Positions 12,770 through 26,149 are shown, counted from the whole stretch's first letter. The stretch: 63,958 nt of DNA, filler included, from Octopus bimaculoides (GCF_001194135.2; 5 parts of 5 records of this genome joined end to end with filler, not necessarily neighbours in it); one strand, 5' to 3'. Program-made: numbers and translations. The notes: generated from the letters alone by a model not told the origin.

Positions 12770-13336
12770 CCTAACCCAGTTAGAACAAGCTGTCAGATCA
12801 CAATGCTTGTCATTTACCTCATTTGATTGCAATAATTGAATTTTATATGCATAAAACCGTAGATTCTTATGGAGCACTTTATGAATTTTTGATCTCTGTA
12901 CAAGTTGCAGTTGAGTGGATACACTCGATAACTTCTGATATTGTTGGTCTTCCAGCGTTGTCCCTGTTTCCATAAATTGCTTAATGCCACTTACGAATCC
13001 ACTGACGTGCCCGAGCTTGTTCTCGATATTTAGCTGTATAATTTCTTCGTGTTTGAGCATCTGACTTCGTTTCAATAAACTAAGGCACACATTGTCTAAT
13101 ACCTGACTTCTTTCGATAAACCAAGACACACATTCTGCCTTTTCTTGTAGAGTAATCATTGACTGAAACATATAAACGACATTAATTGTGGTATGAAACA
13201 TCAAGAACATAACATTAATAAAACTATTATTACCATTAAAAAAACTTCAATAATAATATAATATGCAACAAAAATTTAGTTGTAACCTCAAGTTTTTCAG
13301 AACAACTTTTTGGGCGGTCTTTAAGGGAGACTACTG
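12770..13336 (-). mobile_element. Tc1/mariner-superfamily transposon relic, N-terminal half (DD37D/DD41D-like)
   Basis: MITLQEKAECVSWFIE...FMETG...KIHKVLHKNLRFYAYKIQLLQ..ND; TIR-like cagtagtctccc at 13336. Confidence 0.7.
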
Positions 13337-14564
13337 TGAAATAAGTGTCTAGTTTAGAGTAGCCTCCCTTCGTAACTTCCTCTTTTTCTTTGATTCATTT
13401 TATTTTTCTCAATCGACAGCAATTCAAATATTAAATAAACAGTGAAAAGTATTTAGTGAAGTCACTTAAATTTCTGAGACAAAAGTATGCACATATTCAA
13501 TCATTCTTTATTCAGGTGGTGCATAGATGTAAAATAGAGACAGGTATATCTACGAGGTTAACGTTGACTTGTATTTCTGAGTCCCGTCTGATATACAAGG
13601 CCTTTTGTATTATTGTCTTACGGTAATAGCCCTCGATTTGCGAATACCTTTTCAGAGTAATATGGTATAGATTGTTATCTGTTACACACACACANNNNNN
13701 NNNNNNNNNNNNNNNNNNNNNNNNNNNNNNNNNNNNNNNNNNNNNNNNNNNNNNNNNNNNNNNNNNNNNNNNNNNNNNNNNNNNNNNNNNNNNNNNNNNN
13801 NNNNNNNNNNNNNNNNNNNNNNNNNNNNNNNNNNNNNNNNNNNNNNNNNNNNNNNNNNNNNNNNNNNNNNNNNNNNNNNNNNNNNNNNNNNNNNNNNNNN
13901 NNNNNNNNNNNNNNNNNNNNNNNNNNNNNNNNNNNNNNNNNNNNNNNNNNNNNNNNNNNNNNNNNNNNNNNNNNNNNNNNNNNNNNNNNNNNNNNNNNNN
14001 NNNNNNNNNNNNNNNNNNNNNNNNNNNNNNNNNNNNNNNNNNNNNNNNNNNNNNNNNNNNNNNNNNNNNNNNNNNNNNNNNNNNNNNNNNNNNNNNNNNN
14101 NNNNNNNNNNNNNNNNNNNNNNNNNNNNNNNNNNNNNNNNNNNNNNNNNNNNNNNNNNNNNNNNNNNNNNNNNNNNNNNNNNNNNNNNNNNNNNNNNNNN
14201 NNNNNNNNNNNNNNNNNNNNNNNNNNNNNNNNNNNNNNNNNNNNNNNNNNNNNNNNNNNNNNNNNNNNNNNNNNNNNNNNNNNNNNNNNNNNNNNNNNNN
14301 NNNNNNNNNNNNNNNNNNNNNNNNNNNNNNNNNNNNNNNNNNNNNNNNNNNNNNNNNNNNNNNNNNNNNNNNNNNNNNNNNNNNNNNNNNNNNNNNNNNN
14401 NNNNNNNNNNNNNNNNNNNNNNNNNNNNNNNNNNNNNNNNNNNNNNNNNNNNNNNNNNNNNNNNNNNNNNNNNNNNNNNNNNNNNNNNNNNNNNNNNNNN
14501 NNNNNNNNNNNNNNNNNNNNNNNNNNNNNNNNNNNNNNNNNNNNNNNNNNNNNNNNNNNNNNNT

Positions 14565-15804
14565 GCATGTGAGAATATATTATTTCTATATGAGAATATA
14601 TTATTTCTATATGTTTCAATACACACTTATAATCATTAAAATTTATTTAAATCTGTAATTATACATTCAAATTATTTGTTAGTTGTTATAATGTGAACAT
14701 TTAATATTTAGTAGACACACCCTTTGCATTTTTCCAATGCAAAGATCCTATTAGGCATGTTACTGATCAGATGGCGAATATTCTCTTGAGGAATCTCTTG
14801 CTAAGTTTCATGCAATAATCTTAAAAGATCTGGCTTTGAAGATGCTTTCTTGTTCCTTTTATGAAGTGTGCTGTCCATCATGTCCCAGAAGTGTCCATAG
14901 GGTTCATCTGGTGACTGGCTTGGCCATGGAAAATTTTTAATGTCATTCTCATCCAACAAATCTTAGGTCATTTTAGCCGTGTGACAAGGAGTTTTCTTTA
15001 ATCATTTCACCAGTGGAGAAGATTGGAAGGAGTCCTTTCTACGATATAGATACATATTTATCTGTGTTTATGTTTCGGAAATACATGTTAAATTCCATCA
15101 GCTCTGATCAACCATGCTCCCCAGACCATCACAAAATAGCTGCAGTGCTTCATTATTAGCTGCCAACTTTTCACACGAAATTCTTGAATACAGTCTCCAG
15201 ACCCACACTCGACCACCATCAGGAAATACAGCAACTCTGTACAATGTCCCAAAATGCTAGTGGCCTCTCCATCATCTCACTAGCCCAATCTTTTCTCCAC
15301 TTGATGTTGGCTGGTCGAAGAAGTGGCTTCTTTCTTGCTACTCTGCCATAGTAACCAAGTTTGTGGAGATACCCGACAACTGTTCTGGAACTGACATCAA
15401 CTTGTTCTGCTATGTCAGAGGCCTTGCAACGAGGATTATCCTCCACACTTCCCTTAACAAAGAGAAGGGTCGTGTCAGAGGGCCCTGGTTGATCTAAGTG
15501 AGGTGATGTGGACTCCTTCCCCTCTCTTGTGAATGGCACAATCACTCTATTAACTGTAGAAAGCGGGATCCCAAGGTTCCTGCGATTTTACGCTGACTAT
15601 GTCCACCTTCAGAATGACCCACAATACGGCCTCTTTGAAATTCAGACAGTTATAAGGCTTCTCTTGCATATGGCATGATTAAAAAGTCACGTATAGAACC
15701 TGAAACATAAAAATGTCAATTAATAAAAAAATATAAACCATTACAAACTAGAATAAAAATAAAACGATGTTTTATGAGGTGTCTATTTACTTCTGTCATG
15801 TCTG
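14565..15804 (-). mobile_element. Tc1 (DD34E) transposon, pseudogenised transposase ~15676-14703
   Basis: [31 protein letters not shown] (HTH), [13 protein letters not shown]...[25 protein letters not shown]...FWD, PCHTAK-like segment, WPSQSPD.NP, MPNRI..KG..TKY*. TIR cagacatgacagaagtaaatagacacc is next to TA at 15805. Confidence 0.85.
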
Positions 15805-15819
15805 TATGCATGTGCGTGC

Positions 15820-15866
<47 letters not shown>

Positions 15867-15997
15867 AAGAGAGAAAAGGGGTTAAAAATCTAGGCAGATA
15901 TTAATAAAACAGTTTTAAACAAATTTGGTTAGCTATATCCAACAATCAGATACCAATAAATGCAAGTAGAATAAACATTCAAGGTAATACTTCAGAT

Positions 15998-16062
15998 TGC
16001 TTCCCAACCACATGGTTCCAGGTTCAGTCCCACTGCATGGCACCTTGGACAAGTGTCTTCTA
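15998..16062 (+). mobile_element. CORE-like SINE head fragment
   Basis: tgcttcccaaccacatggttccaggttcagtcccactgcatggcaccttggacaagtgtcttctac (B box plus CCTTGGRCAAGT). Confidence 0.75.
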
Positions 16063-16504
16063 CGCCATCGCCATAAATAAACGTTCAGGAAAGAAAAAAT
16101 TAAATTCTCGGATACGAGATAAGACCGGCGACAACAGTTGAAAACAAATTGGAAATTTGACCCCAGGGAAATATATCCTCCTTGTCCTAAGCATTTTCAT
16201 AAGTTTGTCCTAAACATTTTCAGACTTTCAGTTCGCCCTTGTTTTCATACGTTCTGAATAATATAAAGTTTTCCTTTCATGAATCTAAATTTACTCCGGT
16301 GGCTGAAAATCAAATTTGGAATGCGTATCACATATGATACATGGATGCCAGGAAAGTATAACCCTGTGTTCCACATGTGACACGCAGGACAGACAAGGAA
16401 AGGGCAAAGGATCATCAAAAAGTTAGACTTTAAAAAAAATGCTGTTACATCAGATGTTAACCTTGTTTAGGAGTTTATTACTTGATCGGCATCTGGATTA
16501 TTAT

Positions 16505-17054
16505 TTAATTATTATTATTGAGTGAGAGGGCAGTGCATGCCATCAAAGTGACACTGGGGTACGAATATACGAAGCCCATATACCCATCATGACTACCCGT
16601 CTGACAAGGATACATGAAGCATATGCATCACATCCATATGTGCGCCACATGATCTCATTTCAAAATAAACAGCACATAACCTTGCAAGTGGGGCCCACTT
16701 AGAATTTTCTTCAGGTCCAGTAGCCCATCCTGTTCAAAAGGTTCCTGAATAAGGTTTGTTTAAGGATGTTGAACGAAACACACATGTTTCCAGAGGTAAT
16801 TTATTCAAAGTCCAAAGAATTCCTCTCAATACATGGCTATGATGCTCCCCCACTATTTCTGCTCGTGATCAGAGATGCACATATCCTCAGCCACCAAGGG
16901 ACATGCTCAACTGGTTAAGGTCAAACAACTGACAAGCAAATCTGTGGTATTAAGCAGAATATTTGCTGTAGCCCATCTTTTATACCAAGACAAAACAATG
17001 TACATAATAACACTTCCAATCAGTTAAGATCAAAAGCCATGAGAGCCAGTGCCT
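16505..17054 (-). mobile_element. Unclassified interspersed repeat, possibly a non-LTR 3' region ending in an (AAT)n tail
   Basis: The minus strand ends ...ccctctcactcaataataataat; no ORF recognised. It resembles an octopus repeat from memory only. Confidence 0.35.
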
Positions 17055-17174
17055 NNNNNNNNNNNNNNNNNNNNNNNNNNNNNNNNNNNNNNNNNNNNTT
17101 AATTAATTAANNNNNNNNNNNNNNNNNNNNNNNNNNNNNNNNNNNNNNNNNNNNATATATATATATATATACTA

Positions 17175-17526
17175 GTGGAGGCGCAATGGCCTAGTGGATA
17201 GAGCAGCGGACAAGCGGTCGTAGGATCGTGTTTCCCAGACCGAGCGTTGTGAGTGTTTATTGAGCGAAAACGTCTAAAGCACCATGAGGGTTCGGTAGTG
17301 GTGGTGGCGAACCCTGCTGTACTCTTTCACTCACTCTTTCTTCCTGTTTCAGTTGTACGTGTATTTCAAAGGAGTAGCCTTGTCAAACGTTGAATCTCCC
17401 CAAGTACTACGTTCAGGGTACACGTGTCTGTGAGGTGCTCAGCCACTTGCACGTTAATTTCGCGAGCAGGTTGCTCCGTTGATCAGATCGAATGGAACAC
17501 TCGTCGTCGTAATCGACGGAGTGCCA
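17175..17526 (+). mobile_element. tRNA-Arg-like (OR-type) SINE, near full length and diverged
   Basis: gtggaggcgcaatggcctagtggatagagcagcggac (A box), then the tail gggtacacgtgtctgtgaggtgctcagccacttgcacgttaatttc...cgacggagtgcca. Confidence 0.85.
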
Positions 17527-17679
17527 CGGCGACATAGATTCTTTTACACGTTTCAGCCATTTGATGGCGGTCATTCTGGAGCACCGACTTAAAGGGTTTT
17601 TTGTCGAAGAAATCGACACCAGGACTTATTCTTTGTTAACCTAGTACTTATTTTATTTGATCTCTTTTGCTGCCAATTT

Positions 17680-18212
17680 ACAGGGACATAAACACACCAC
17701 CATCGGTTGTCAAGCAACGGTGCGGCGACAAACACAGACACAAAAACACAAAGACACACAGAGAAATACATACATACATACATACATATATATATANNNN
17801 NNNNNNNNNNNNNNNNNNNNNNNNNNNNNNNNNNNNNNNNNNNNNNNNNNNNNNNNNNNNNNNNNNNNNNNNNNNNNNNNNNNNNNNNNNNNNNNNNNNN
17901 NNNNNNNNNNNNNNNNNNNNNNNNNNNNNNNNNNNNNNNNNNNNNNNNNNNNNNNNNNNNNNNNNNNNNNNNNNNNNNNNNNNNNNNNNNNNNNNNNNNN
18001 NNNNNNNNNNNNNNNNNNNNNNNNNNNNNNNNNNNNNNNNNNNNNNNNNNNNNNNNNNNNNNNTATATATATATAAATATATATATACGATGGGCTTCTT
18101 TCAGTTTCCCTCTACCAAATCCACTTACAAGGTTTTGGTTGACCCGAGGCTATCGTAAAAGCCACCTGCCCAAGATGCCACGCAGTGGGACTGAACCTGG
18201 AACAACATAGCC
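17680..18212 (-). mobile_element. CORE-like SINE split by an internal microsatellite and gap
   Basis: 3' half acataaacacaccaccatcggttgtcaagcaacgg lies before the gap; 5' half tacgatgggcttctttcagtttcc...gccacgcagtgggactgaacctggaac lies after it. Confidence 0.8.
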
Positions 18213-18594
18213 ACGCTGTGTGTGTGTGAGAGAGAGGGAAAGAAAGAGAAGGAAAAGAGAGTGAAAGAAAGAGAGAGAGAAAGAGAAGGAAAGAGAGAGT
18301 GAAAGAGAGAAATAGACTGACGGACAGACAGACAGATACAAAGAGAGAGTGTTAGATAGGCAGTCTTGAAGTGTATATTTACACGGAGCACAAAATACTG
18401 ATTTCAGAAAAAGAATAACGAAAACAGATGAATTATGTAAAGCCTTATCTCTACAACTGTTTCGGGACAACTATAACTAACGCAATAAGCGTATGATGTC
18501 ATATGTATGTGCCACATCATACTAAGTTCCGCTTATTTTACATTCACCTCTACTGGCTACTATTACTGGCACTCCGTCGGCTATGACCAACGGA

Positions 18595-18755
18595 ACAGTG
18601 TTGGTATGCTTGAATCCCTGTAACATAGTTGTTCGGCAAAAGAGACTGATAGATAATTACCAGGCTTAAAAAAATAAGCACTGAGGTCGATTCATTCGAC
18701 TAAATTTCATCGAGGTGTAGTCCAATGACTGAAACAAGTAAAAGATGAAAGATAT
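18595..18755 (+). mobile_element. CORE-like SINE 3' half
   Basis: ttcggcaaaagagactgataga...gaggtcgattcattcgactaaa...tccaatgactgaaacaagtaaaagatgaaaga. Confidence 0.7.
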
Positions 18756-19315
18756 AAATTTGGATTGATGTATATTATTTGTGTTGCCACTCTTGCTTGA
18801 TGTATTTAGATTTTAAATAAATTTAAAGGGAGTGTTTCTACTAATTACGAGGATAATTTCTAAGAAGTCAAGTTACTCACTTTGGTAAGTCTCATACGTG
18901 TGATCCTGCCACATGTGCATCTATTATGCAGACTGGTTCTTTGAAATTTGGACAACACTGTTAGAAGTTTTCGTTCTTCTCTGTATCATCGAAAAACTCA
19001 CTTGCATATTACCAGAGAGCTTCTACATCGTTGCTACTTCTATTCTTCAAATAACATCCTACCATTTTGAATAAAAGATAATTTGAACACGACAAGAAAA
19101 TCTTTGGTCATAATCTACCGTCTTAAAAATGGAAGGTAACACTATATAATGTCCAAGATACACTGTTTGAAATAAAGAGAGATAGTCGTGGCTGAAAAAC
19201 CCTTGATCATAGGTCTTCCTTTATCAGAGTTGACACGTATCTAAAGAACCACTACAACACATCTCACAGCGTTTAGACTTATTTGCATACAAGATATTCA
19301 GTCTCATGTAAAACT

Positions 19316-19703
19316 TTGTTGTTGTTGGCACTCCGTCGCTTACGAGTCGAGGGTTCCAGTTGATCCGATCAACGGAACAACCTGCTCGTGAAATTAACGT
19401 GCAAGTGGCTGAGCGCTCCACAGACACGTGTACCCTTAACGTAGTTCTCGGGAATATTCAGCGTGACACAGTGTGACAAGGCTGACCCTTTGAATTACAA
19501 GCACAACAGAAACAGGAGATAAGAGTGAGAGAAAGTTGTGGTGAAAGAGTACAGCAGGGTTCGTCACCATCCCCTGCCGGAGCCTCGTGGAGCTTTAGGT
19601 GTTTTCGTTCAATAAACACTCACAACGCCCGGTCTGGGAATCGAAACCGCGATCCTATGACCGCGAGTCCGCTGCCCTAACCACTGGGCCGTTGCGCCTC
19701 CAC
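19316..19703 (-). mobile_element. Full-length tRNA-Arg-like (OR-type) SINE with target-site duplication
   Basis: The minus strand starts GTGGAGGCGCAACGGCCCAGTGGTTAGGGCAGCGGACTCGCGG (A box, TCG anticodon-like) with B box GGTTTCGATTCCC and ends in an (ACA)n tail. TSD TCATGTAAAACT at 19304-19315 and 19704-19715. Confidence 0.92.
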
Positions 19704-20610
19704 TCATGTAAAACTACAAAATGAAATATCAACTGACGAATTTGACTTTACATCTTCTATGAACCTGGCTGCACCCAACTGACGCGCAATGTTATTAAAC
19801 CAAGTTTATGCATTACATTGCATCCATGGTTCTCCAGGTCGTGAAATTCGGAGCCTTAAATCTCTTTCAACAATGCTACAAGCAACTGTCATATACATGT
19901 TGTTCAGATTTTAAAATATTCTGCTTAGTTGATAGACAGGAGTCTCAAATGAATGTCATTTCCATAAAAATATTAAGTGTTCCATATAGACGATTGATTG
20001 TTTCATGTTTCTTTATAATATTTATGATTTCGCCGTAATTAAGTTCAATTCTGTAAGGAAAGGTTAGCTTCTTGGAAAATGATTTGGTTAGTAACTTATT
20101 AACTTCCCTTTTGCGTATCGACGCTGATTTTAATGTAGTTGTTGTCACTGTTGTCGTCGTTGTTAGTATTATTGTTTTTATTCCTATTATTGTTGCTGTT
20201 GCCGATGTTTCTGTCGTCGTCGTCGTCCTCGTCGTCGTCGTTTTTGTTTAGCATAGATTTATCTCTGATCGAGCAAACCGTTGTTATAACCACAACCATT
20301 CCAGTTGTGTCCATTCATTAACTTGGATATCTACGAACATATTGTCAGATATGTTTTTCCCTTTCTTAAGACACTAAGACGAGACGGAAAAAAATTTGTC
20401 TGCTATTTATATCAGACCGACGAACCACGTTGATGTTTTATCATTGATTGTGAGTAATTTCATGAAGAATTTCCAGCAATAAAGCTACTTACAATAAAAG
20501 AGTTTTCTTTTAATTTTATTCATTGAAAGATATAAACTAATTACGAGAAAATATTAATATAAATACCAGAAATATGTGAGATATTAATCATCGAATAACG
20601 CAATGTATTT

Positions 20611-20659
<49 letters not shown>

Positions 20660-20671
20660 NNNNNNNNNNAA

Positions 20672-20728
<57 letters not shown>

Positions 20729-21283
20729 CGTGTGTGCGTGTGTGTGTTGTGTGCGTGCGCGCGTGTACATGTGCACTTTCTATTTTTTAAATTCTTTGAC
20801 GTCTTTCTATAAAGAGAGGTTAAGTTTCTGTGTAAGAAACAAACTTGAATTCACTGGAATTTAGAAAGGTCGAATGTTGAATTAGAGAAAAGTTATTCCG
20901 TTTCACTTAGGAATTGAATTCGCAGACGATGAGTTTCATGGCCACTTTTTTGTCTCAAAACATCAGATTGTATGTGCATGTGTAAGTACATATGTATGCA
21001 TGCATATTTCTATGTATGTACGCATGTATGCATGCATATATATGTATATATGTATGTATGTGTGTCAATGTATATATGCATGTGTGTATTTTAATTTTGT
21101 ACTATTATTATCATTTTTTGGTTTTGCAGTGCTTCATGTTTTAGCAAACTTCTTGAGGAAGGAATTTACCGTAACTAAGTTTGATATTGATATAAACGTA
21201 CGATTCAATGGATGAAAAGAGGGATGAAAGTATGTATATTTCTCAGAAAAAAAAAACATATGGGTAAATGTATGTTTAAATAC

Positions 21284-21712
21284 GTACCAATTCGACTTAC
21301 GATCACAGTTGGTTCCGACTGACTGGTCGTAAGTCGAATTGGTTGCAAGTCGGTCTATAGGCCTATAGGCCTACATAGCTTTATTTTATATTTTTACATT
21401 GTTAAGGCACTTCTCAGGTAAAAGTCTCACACAGCATTCTGTATTATACTATTATATTGGCGTTAGTCAAAATTTCGGAGTCTCAAGCAGTCGTCTTATA
21501 AACAAACATGAGGTTACCTCGATGTCTCCGCGACAGGATAGTTATCCAGCACAGCGATCGATAACCAAACCTATGGGAAGCGTTTGTTAGCTGACATCAT
21601 CCGTAGGTGGGTTAATTTCTAAGAAATTAAGCCCATTAGATTTCAACTGTACCATTTATTATTGCCGCCGATCGGTTGTAAGTCGGATAGTTCGTAAGTC
21701 GACGACGACCTG
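21284..21712. mobile_element. pogo/Tigger-like non-autonomous DNA element
   Basis: The right end reads (rc) TA-CAGGTCGTCGTCGACTTACGAACTATCCGACTTAC, a Tigger-type TIR with a repeated CGACTTAC motif. The left end carries the same motif as a 20-bp-arm palindrome (21286-21343). Confidence 0.6.
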
Positions 21713-22095
21713 TATATATATATATTTGTATGTTTGCGTGTGTATTATGTTTGCATGTATGTATGTATTTAGGTAGGTAGGTAGGTAGGTAGGTAGGTAG
21801 GTAGGTGAGAAAATTGGTTTGGTGGTTGAAAATGCACCTGGGTCTAATATATCTTTACTTCATATTGTATTATACTGATTTAGTCTCAGAATTACGTTCA
21901 GAGAATATGTACTTGGAATACTCAGACACATCTACATTAATGAGTAGGTAGTTTGATTAATCAAACAACTGAATGTAACTCGCGAAACTGACCGAGTATC
22001 CATTAATATGTGAGTGAGTGTATGTTTATACATAAACATATACACACTTACACACGCTCGCACACTTACACACATATAGATATACATATATACAT

Positions 22096-22156
<61 letters not shown>

Positions 22157-22760
22157 TTTGAAGGTTTGGAGGTAATGTACAGAAATTATATTAAAAAAAA
22201 TTAAGGTACTCAGAAATGTGGATGTTTGTACAATTACAGATTTTTATTAACGTCACATATTAAATGAAGCGCTTTTCACCTAGTCGTGTAGGTTTTTCAA
22301 ATTGTTTTGAGAAAACTTTGTGGCGGGTCTCTTTATATAGTTTTATTNNNNNNNNNNNNNNNNNNNNNNNNNNNNNNNNNNNNNNNNNNNNNNNNNNNNN
22401 NNNNNNNNNNNNNNNNNNNNNNNNNNNNNNNNNNNNNNNNNNNNNNNNNNNNNNNNNNNNNNNNNNNNNNNNNNNNNNNNNNNNNNNNNNNNNNNNNNNN
22501 NNNNNNNNNNNNNNNNNNNNNNNNNNNNNNNNNNNNNNNNNNNNNNNNNNNNNNNNNNNNNNNNNNNNNNNNNNNNNNNNNNNNNNNNNNNNNNNNNNNN
22601 NNNNNNNNNNNNNNNNNNNNNNNNNNNNNNNNNNNNNNNNNNNNNNNNNNNNNNNNNNNNNNNNNNNNNNNNNNNNNNNNNNNNNNNNNNNNNNNNNNNN
22701 NNNNNNNNNNNNNNNNNNNNNNNNNNNNNNNNNNNNNNNNNNNNNNNNNNNNNNNNNNNN

Positions 22761-22807
<47 letters not shown>

Positions 22808-22971
22808 ATGCGTGTGTGTCTGTGTGCGTGTGTGTGTGCCTGTGTATTTGAAAGGTGTGTCAGTGGGAAGGGGAGGGAAGAAGAAGATTCCGTTTACAGT
22901 TTACAGTTGGCCAGTTCCTGCTGTGACAAGTCAATTGTATTCTTTGGTATCCTTGTCCAGTGGTAGAGAGA

Positions 22972-23008
<37 letters not shown>

Positions 23009-23233
23009 CGTGCGTATGTGTCTGAAAGGGGTGTAAAAGGGAAGGAAGGAATTGTGATGATATCGTTACAGCTGGTTAGTTCAAAATAAGTTAGGAGAGA
23101 AATATGAGAACCTAGGTAACTGGGTTCAATTCTTGTTGGTACAAAAATGTCCCACTATCTGGGTTTCTTGAAGCTTTTTTAGGGTCTGTTGTTCCAAAGT
23201 TGAAGATCCTAGATGGGTTGTGATTTGCATGTT

Positions 23234-23746
23234 TCAGCCATTCAGTTTTGGTGAGAATTTTGCTATGAAGTATTTCTCCATATTTTTCCTGAAGGAGGTA
23301 TCATTCCTTGAGCATTTATAGAAGGGAAAGATCTTAAATTTTCCTTCTCCACATGTTCCTAGGTGTTCACTCAGTGGAATTTTCAGTAGTTCCTCCTGTC
23401 GGGCATGTTGTCGGTGAATTCTGGCTCGTTGACATAAGGAATTTCCAGTTTCACCTATATAATTCTCCTTGCATGTGGGGCAGGTTATGCAGTATATTAC
23501 ATTCTGCGTCTTGCAGTTCATGTCTGCATTTACATTGAATGTGCGACCACTCTTAAATTTTATCTGTTTGTTCCCCTCTATATATTTGTAGATGGGGTTG
23601 CTGCAGGTTCCACATCTACCATCTCCACACTCTTTTACGTAGAATTCGGTTTTATTCTCTGCTGAGAATTTCGCTCTTGTAAGGTGTTTTTTAAAGTTTT
23701 GTTCTTGGTGTTTACTGTTTCTTATGCAATGTTTGTTTAGTAGGTT
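23234..23746 (-). mobile_element. Penelope-like element (Neptune-type) C-terminal GIY-YIG endonuclease; 5' part lost in gap
   Basis: Uninterrupted 170-codon frame ...CGDGRCGTC...MNCKTQNVIYCITCPTCKENYIGETGNSLCQRARIHR...EHLGTCG...RKNMEKYFIAKFSPKLNG*. It has VIY/YIG motifs, the conserved R and E, the terminal LN, and a Cys-rich linker. Confidence 0.9.
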
Positions 23747-25400
23747 NNNNNNNNNNNNNNNNNNNNNNNNNNNNNNNNNNNNNNNNNNNNNNNNNNNNNN
23801 NNNNNNNNNNNNNNNNNNNNNNNNNNNNNNNNNNNNNNNNNNNNNNNNNNNNNNNNNNNNNNNNNNNNNNNNNNNNNNNNNNNNNNNNNNNNNNNNNNNN
23901 NNNNNNNNNNNNNNNNNNNNNNNNNNNNNNNNNNNNNNNNNNNNNNNNNNNNNNNNNNNNNNNNNNNNNNNNNNNNNNNNNNNNNNNNNNNNNNNNNNNN
24001 NNNNNNNNNNNNNNNNNNNNNNNNNNNNNNNNNNNNNNNNNNNNNNNNNNNNNNNNNNNNNNNNNNNNNNNNNNNNNNNNNNNNNNNNNNNNNNNNNNNN
24101 NNNNNNNNNNNNNNNNNNNNNNNNNNNNNNNNNNNNNNNNNNNNNNNNNNNNNNNNNNNNNNNNNNNNNNNNNNNNNNNNNNNNNNNNNNNNNNNNNNNN
24201 NNNNNNNNNNNNNNNNNNNNNNNNNNNNNNNNNNNNNNNNNNNNNNNNNNNNNNNNNNNNNNNNNNNNNNNNNNNNNNNNNNNNNNNNNNNNNNNNNNNN
24301 NNNNNNNNNNNNNNNNNNNNNNNNNNNNNNNNNNNNNNNNNNNNNNNNNNNNNNNNNNNNNNNNNNNNNNNNNNNNNNNNNNNNNNNNNNNNNNNNNNNN
24401 NNNNNNNNNNNNNNNNNNNNNNNNNNNNNNNNNNNNNNNNNNNNNNNNNNNNNNNNNNNNNNNNNNNNNNNNNNNNNNNNNNNNNNNNNNNNNNNNNNNN
24501 NNNNNNNNNNNNNNNNNNNNNNNNNNNNNNNNNNNNNNNNNNNNNNNNNNNNNNNNNNNNNNNNNNNNNNNNNNNNNNNNNNNNNNNNNNNNNNNNNNNN
24601 NNNNNNNNNNNNNNNNNNNNNNNNNNNNNNNNNNNNNNNNNNNNNNNNNNNNNNNNNNNNNNNNTATATATATATATATATATATGTACACATATATACA
24701 TATTTATAAACATGCTATATATACATATGTATAAAGGGTAAAGAAGGGCATATATAAACATATGATATATATATATATGTATATATACATACATACACAT
24801 TTACGTACACGCATATGTGCGATGGGATGAGAGAGAGAGACTGTGTATATAAATATGTATGCTTGTTTATATACATTTGTGAATGGGCAGCAGCTGTTCT
24901 CCATTGCATGTCATGTCGGAAATAAGAACTGTAACATAACATACTTCTAAGAAATGTGTTAAGTATTTCAAGTTTAAGGCTTTGTTATTTCTATTGTACC
25001 ATTGACAGTGAACAATTATTTCTTGAAAATGTATGTTTTGCTTGGGATGTATTGCTGGGATTGCCTAAATATATTTATACTGCGTTTTCTATGCCTTATC
25101 ATGATTTAGTTTTGAAATCTCTATATAAGCATGGTGCTATTTAACCGCCTACTTTCAAGCTATAGTTTTTATATATCATGCATGTGACTACGGTTGTTAG
25201 GAAGTAGTCTATGTTGGAACAGTCTTCCCCTGTCTTTTTATTGAGACGAAATTTTTTATGTGGATTATGTTGGTATATATAGATAGATAGATAGATAGAT
25301 ATCTTTTTATTATAGCCACACAGGGCTAAATACAGAAAATGGACAAATTACAAAGTAGAGCTTTGGGGGGGGGGATGATTTGGATCAAAAGGGATCGCGG

Positions 25401-25432
<32 letters not shown>

Positions 25433-25449
25433 CACACTAGCACATGCAC

Positions 25450-25503
<54 letters not shown>

Positions 25504-26149
25504 GCGTGTGTGAGTGTGTTTGCGTGTATATATATATATATAATATATTATATATAATTATGTTTAATATGCAAACAACTCACGAATGCAAAGGAAATCA
25601 ATACCAAAAGTAGAGCAATTTAGATATTTATTGAAAACGGATTACAATTTACTACACTTTCATCTCACGACCCATTGTAATGAAAAACTACTGAAAAAAT
25701 ATTGCATATATTGTTAGATGGAGAATAAGGAACAGCAAGAGATAAATGATGGGCGGATGAAGCTGGAGTAAACAATAAATATGAGAAATGTGTGAAATAC
25801 GCAAGATGAAAGGTGAGTTGTCAACTGTGTAGCAAATACATCGATTTAAAATGTTAGAGAAGAGGTGTTGTGCTTAAGTATTCAGAAAACAATTAGGTTG
25901 AAAACATCAGTTAAACAGAGCGTAGTTTCCGCATGACCACATTTTCACGGTATTAAATAATATATGCTAAAAGATCTTGCCTGGAAAAGGAGATCACTTG
26001 ATCATTTATTACGTCTTTGAATCAATTTAGGCTGATAAATGGTTTGAAATATATGAACGTTTAAATCTTTTGTGCTAGCAAGAAGTCACCAGCTCTGCAG
26101 TGTGGTTAAGAAGAGAGGGATAGGAAAACGATATTTCTTAATATTTAGA

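Noticed and set aside
17099-17110. TTAATTAATTAA isolated inside N runs (also 28523-28534, 51091-51102, 62779-62790)
   Set aside because: It is always 44 N + 12 bp + 44 N = 100 bp, and it is a palindrome with stops in all six frames. This is an assembler spacer for gaps of unknown size, not biology and not a CRISPR-like repeat.
24870-25250. Possible continuation of the PLE or another LINE beyond the gap
   Set aside because: I could not read any consistent motif in the minus-strand frames.
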